A stretch of 61,908 nucleotides of DNA, the filler included, from Dimargaris cristalligena (Eukaryota): NCBI GenBank assembly GCA_003614675.1. It is 29 parts of 29 records of this genome, joined end to end, with 100 filler letters (N's around TTAATTAATTAA, not from the genome) between each part and the next. Parts side by side here need not be neighbours in the genome. Positions count along the whole stretch, not along the records: positions 59,891 to 61,908 come from ML004415.1; 28 more parts are not named here. One strand, written 5' to 3'. This document shows, piece by piece, positions 61,840 to 61,908 of this stretch (the stretch's first letter is position 1; the number at the start of each line of letters is the position of its first letter). The position numbers were made by a program, and so were the translations under genes. Under the pieces are notes generated by a model. The model ran no database searches. It had not been told where the DNA came from and was given only the letters and a program-made list of their open reading frames with translations.

Positions 61840-61908
61840 TGTGGTGAACTTACCACATTTTTTACCTACTTTTATTTTTTATCTATTTTTCGCACTTATC
61901 GGAAGTAT

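Overview
This is not a continuous locus. It is 29 short contigs (~2.02-2.06 kb, roughly sorted by decreasing length) joined by artificial 100-nt linkers (N44-TTAATTAATTAA-N44), so adjacency across a linker means nothing. The content is eukaryotic and fungal. An early-diverging lineage is inferred from GT-AG introns, a dispersed 5S rRNA, DIRS and Ty3 elements and a PA-domain subtilase. Recognisable genes: glycogen debranching enzyme (C-terminal half), a secreted S8 subtilase, an OCRL-like inositol 5-phosphatase, a RasGEF-like fragment, 6-phosphogluconate dehydrogenase exon 1, a secreted Gly/Tyr-rich repeat protein and a 5S rRNA gene. Much of the rest is LTR-retrotransposon debris: several LTR families (my labels A-F), Ty3/Gypsy pol fragments (one carries a dUTPase) and a DIRS-type RT-RNaseH-methyltransferase. 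Old repeats show strong CpG->TpG/CpA decay, and several contigs look like inverted amplification chimeras. The most interesting unannotated signal is a multicopy unit: TATA box, pyrimidine-rich leader, then 6-7 back-to-back hairpins whose stems covary between diverged copies, overlapping a conserved 58-73 codon micro-ORF (13755-14192, 58428-58809; partial at 28096 and 51402). Similar hairpin arrays recur in other contigs. Also notable are an array of dyads with a fixed 17-bp spacer (4453-6301), an 82-84 bp conserved non-coding element in four contigs, and an LTR-interrupted secreted cationic peptide gene.
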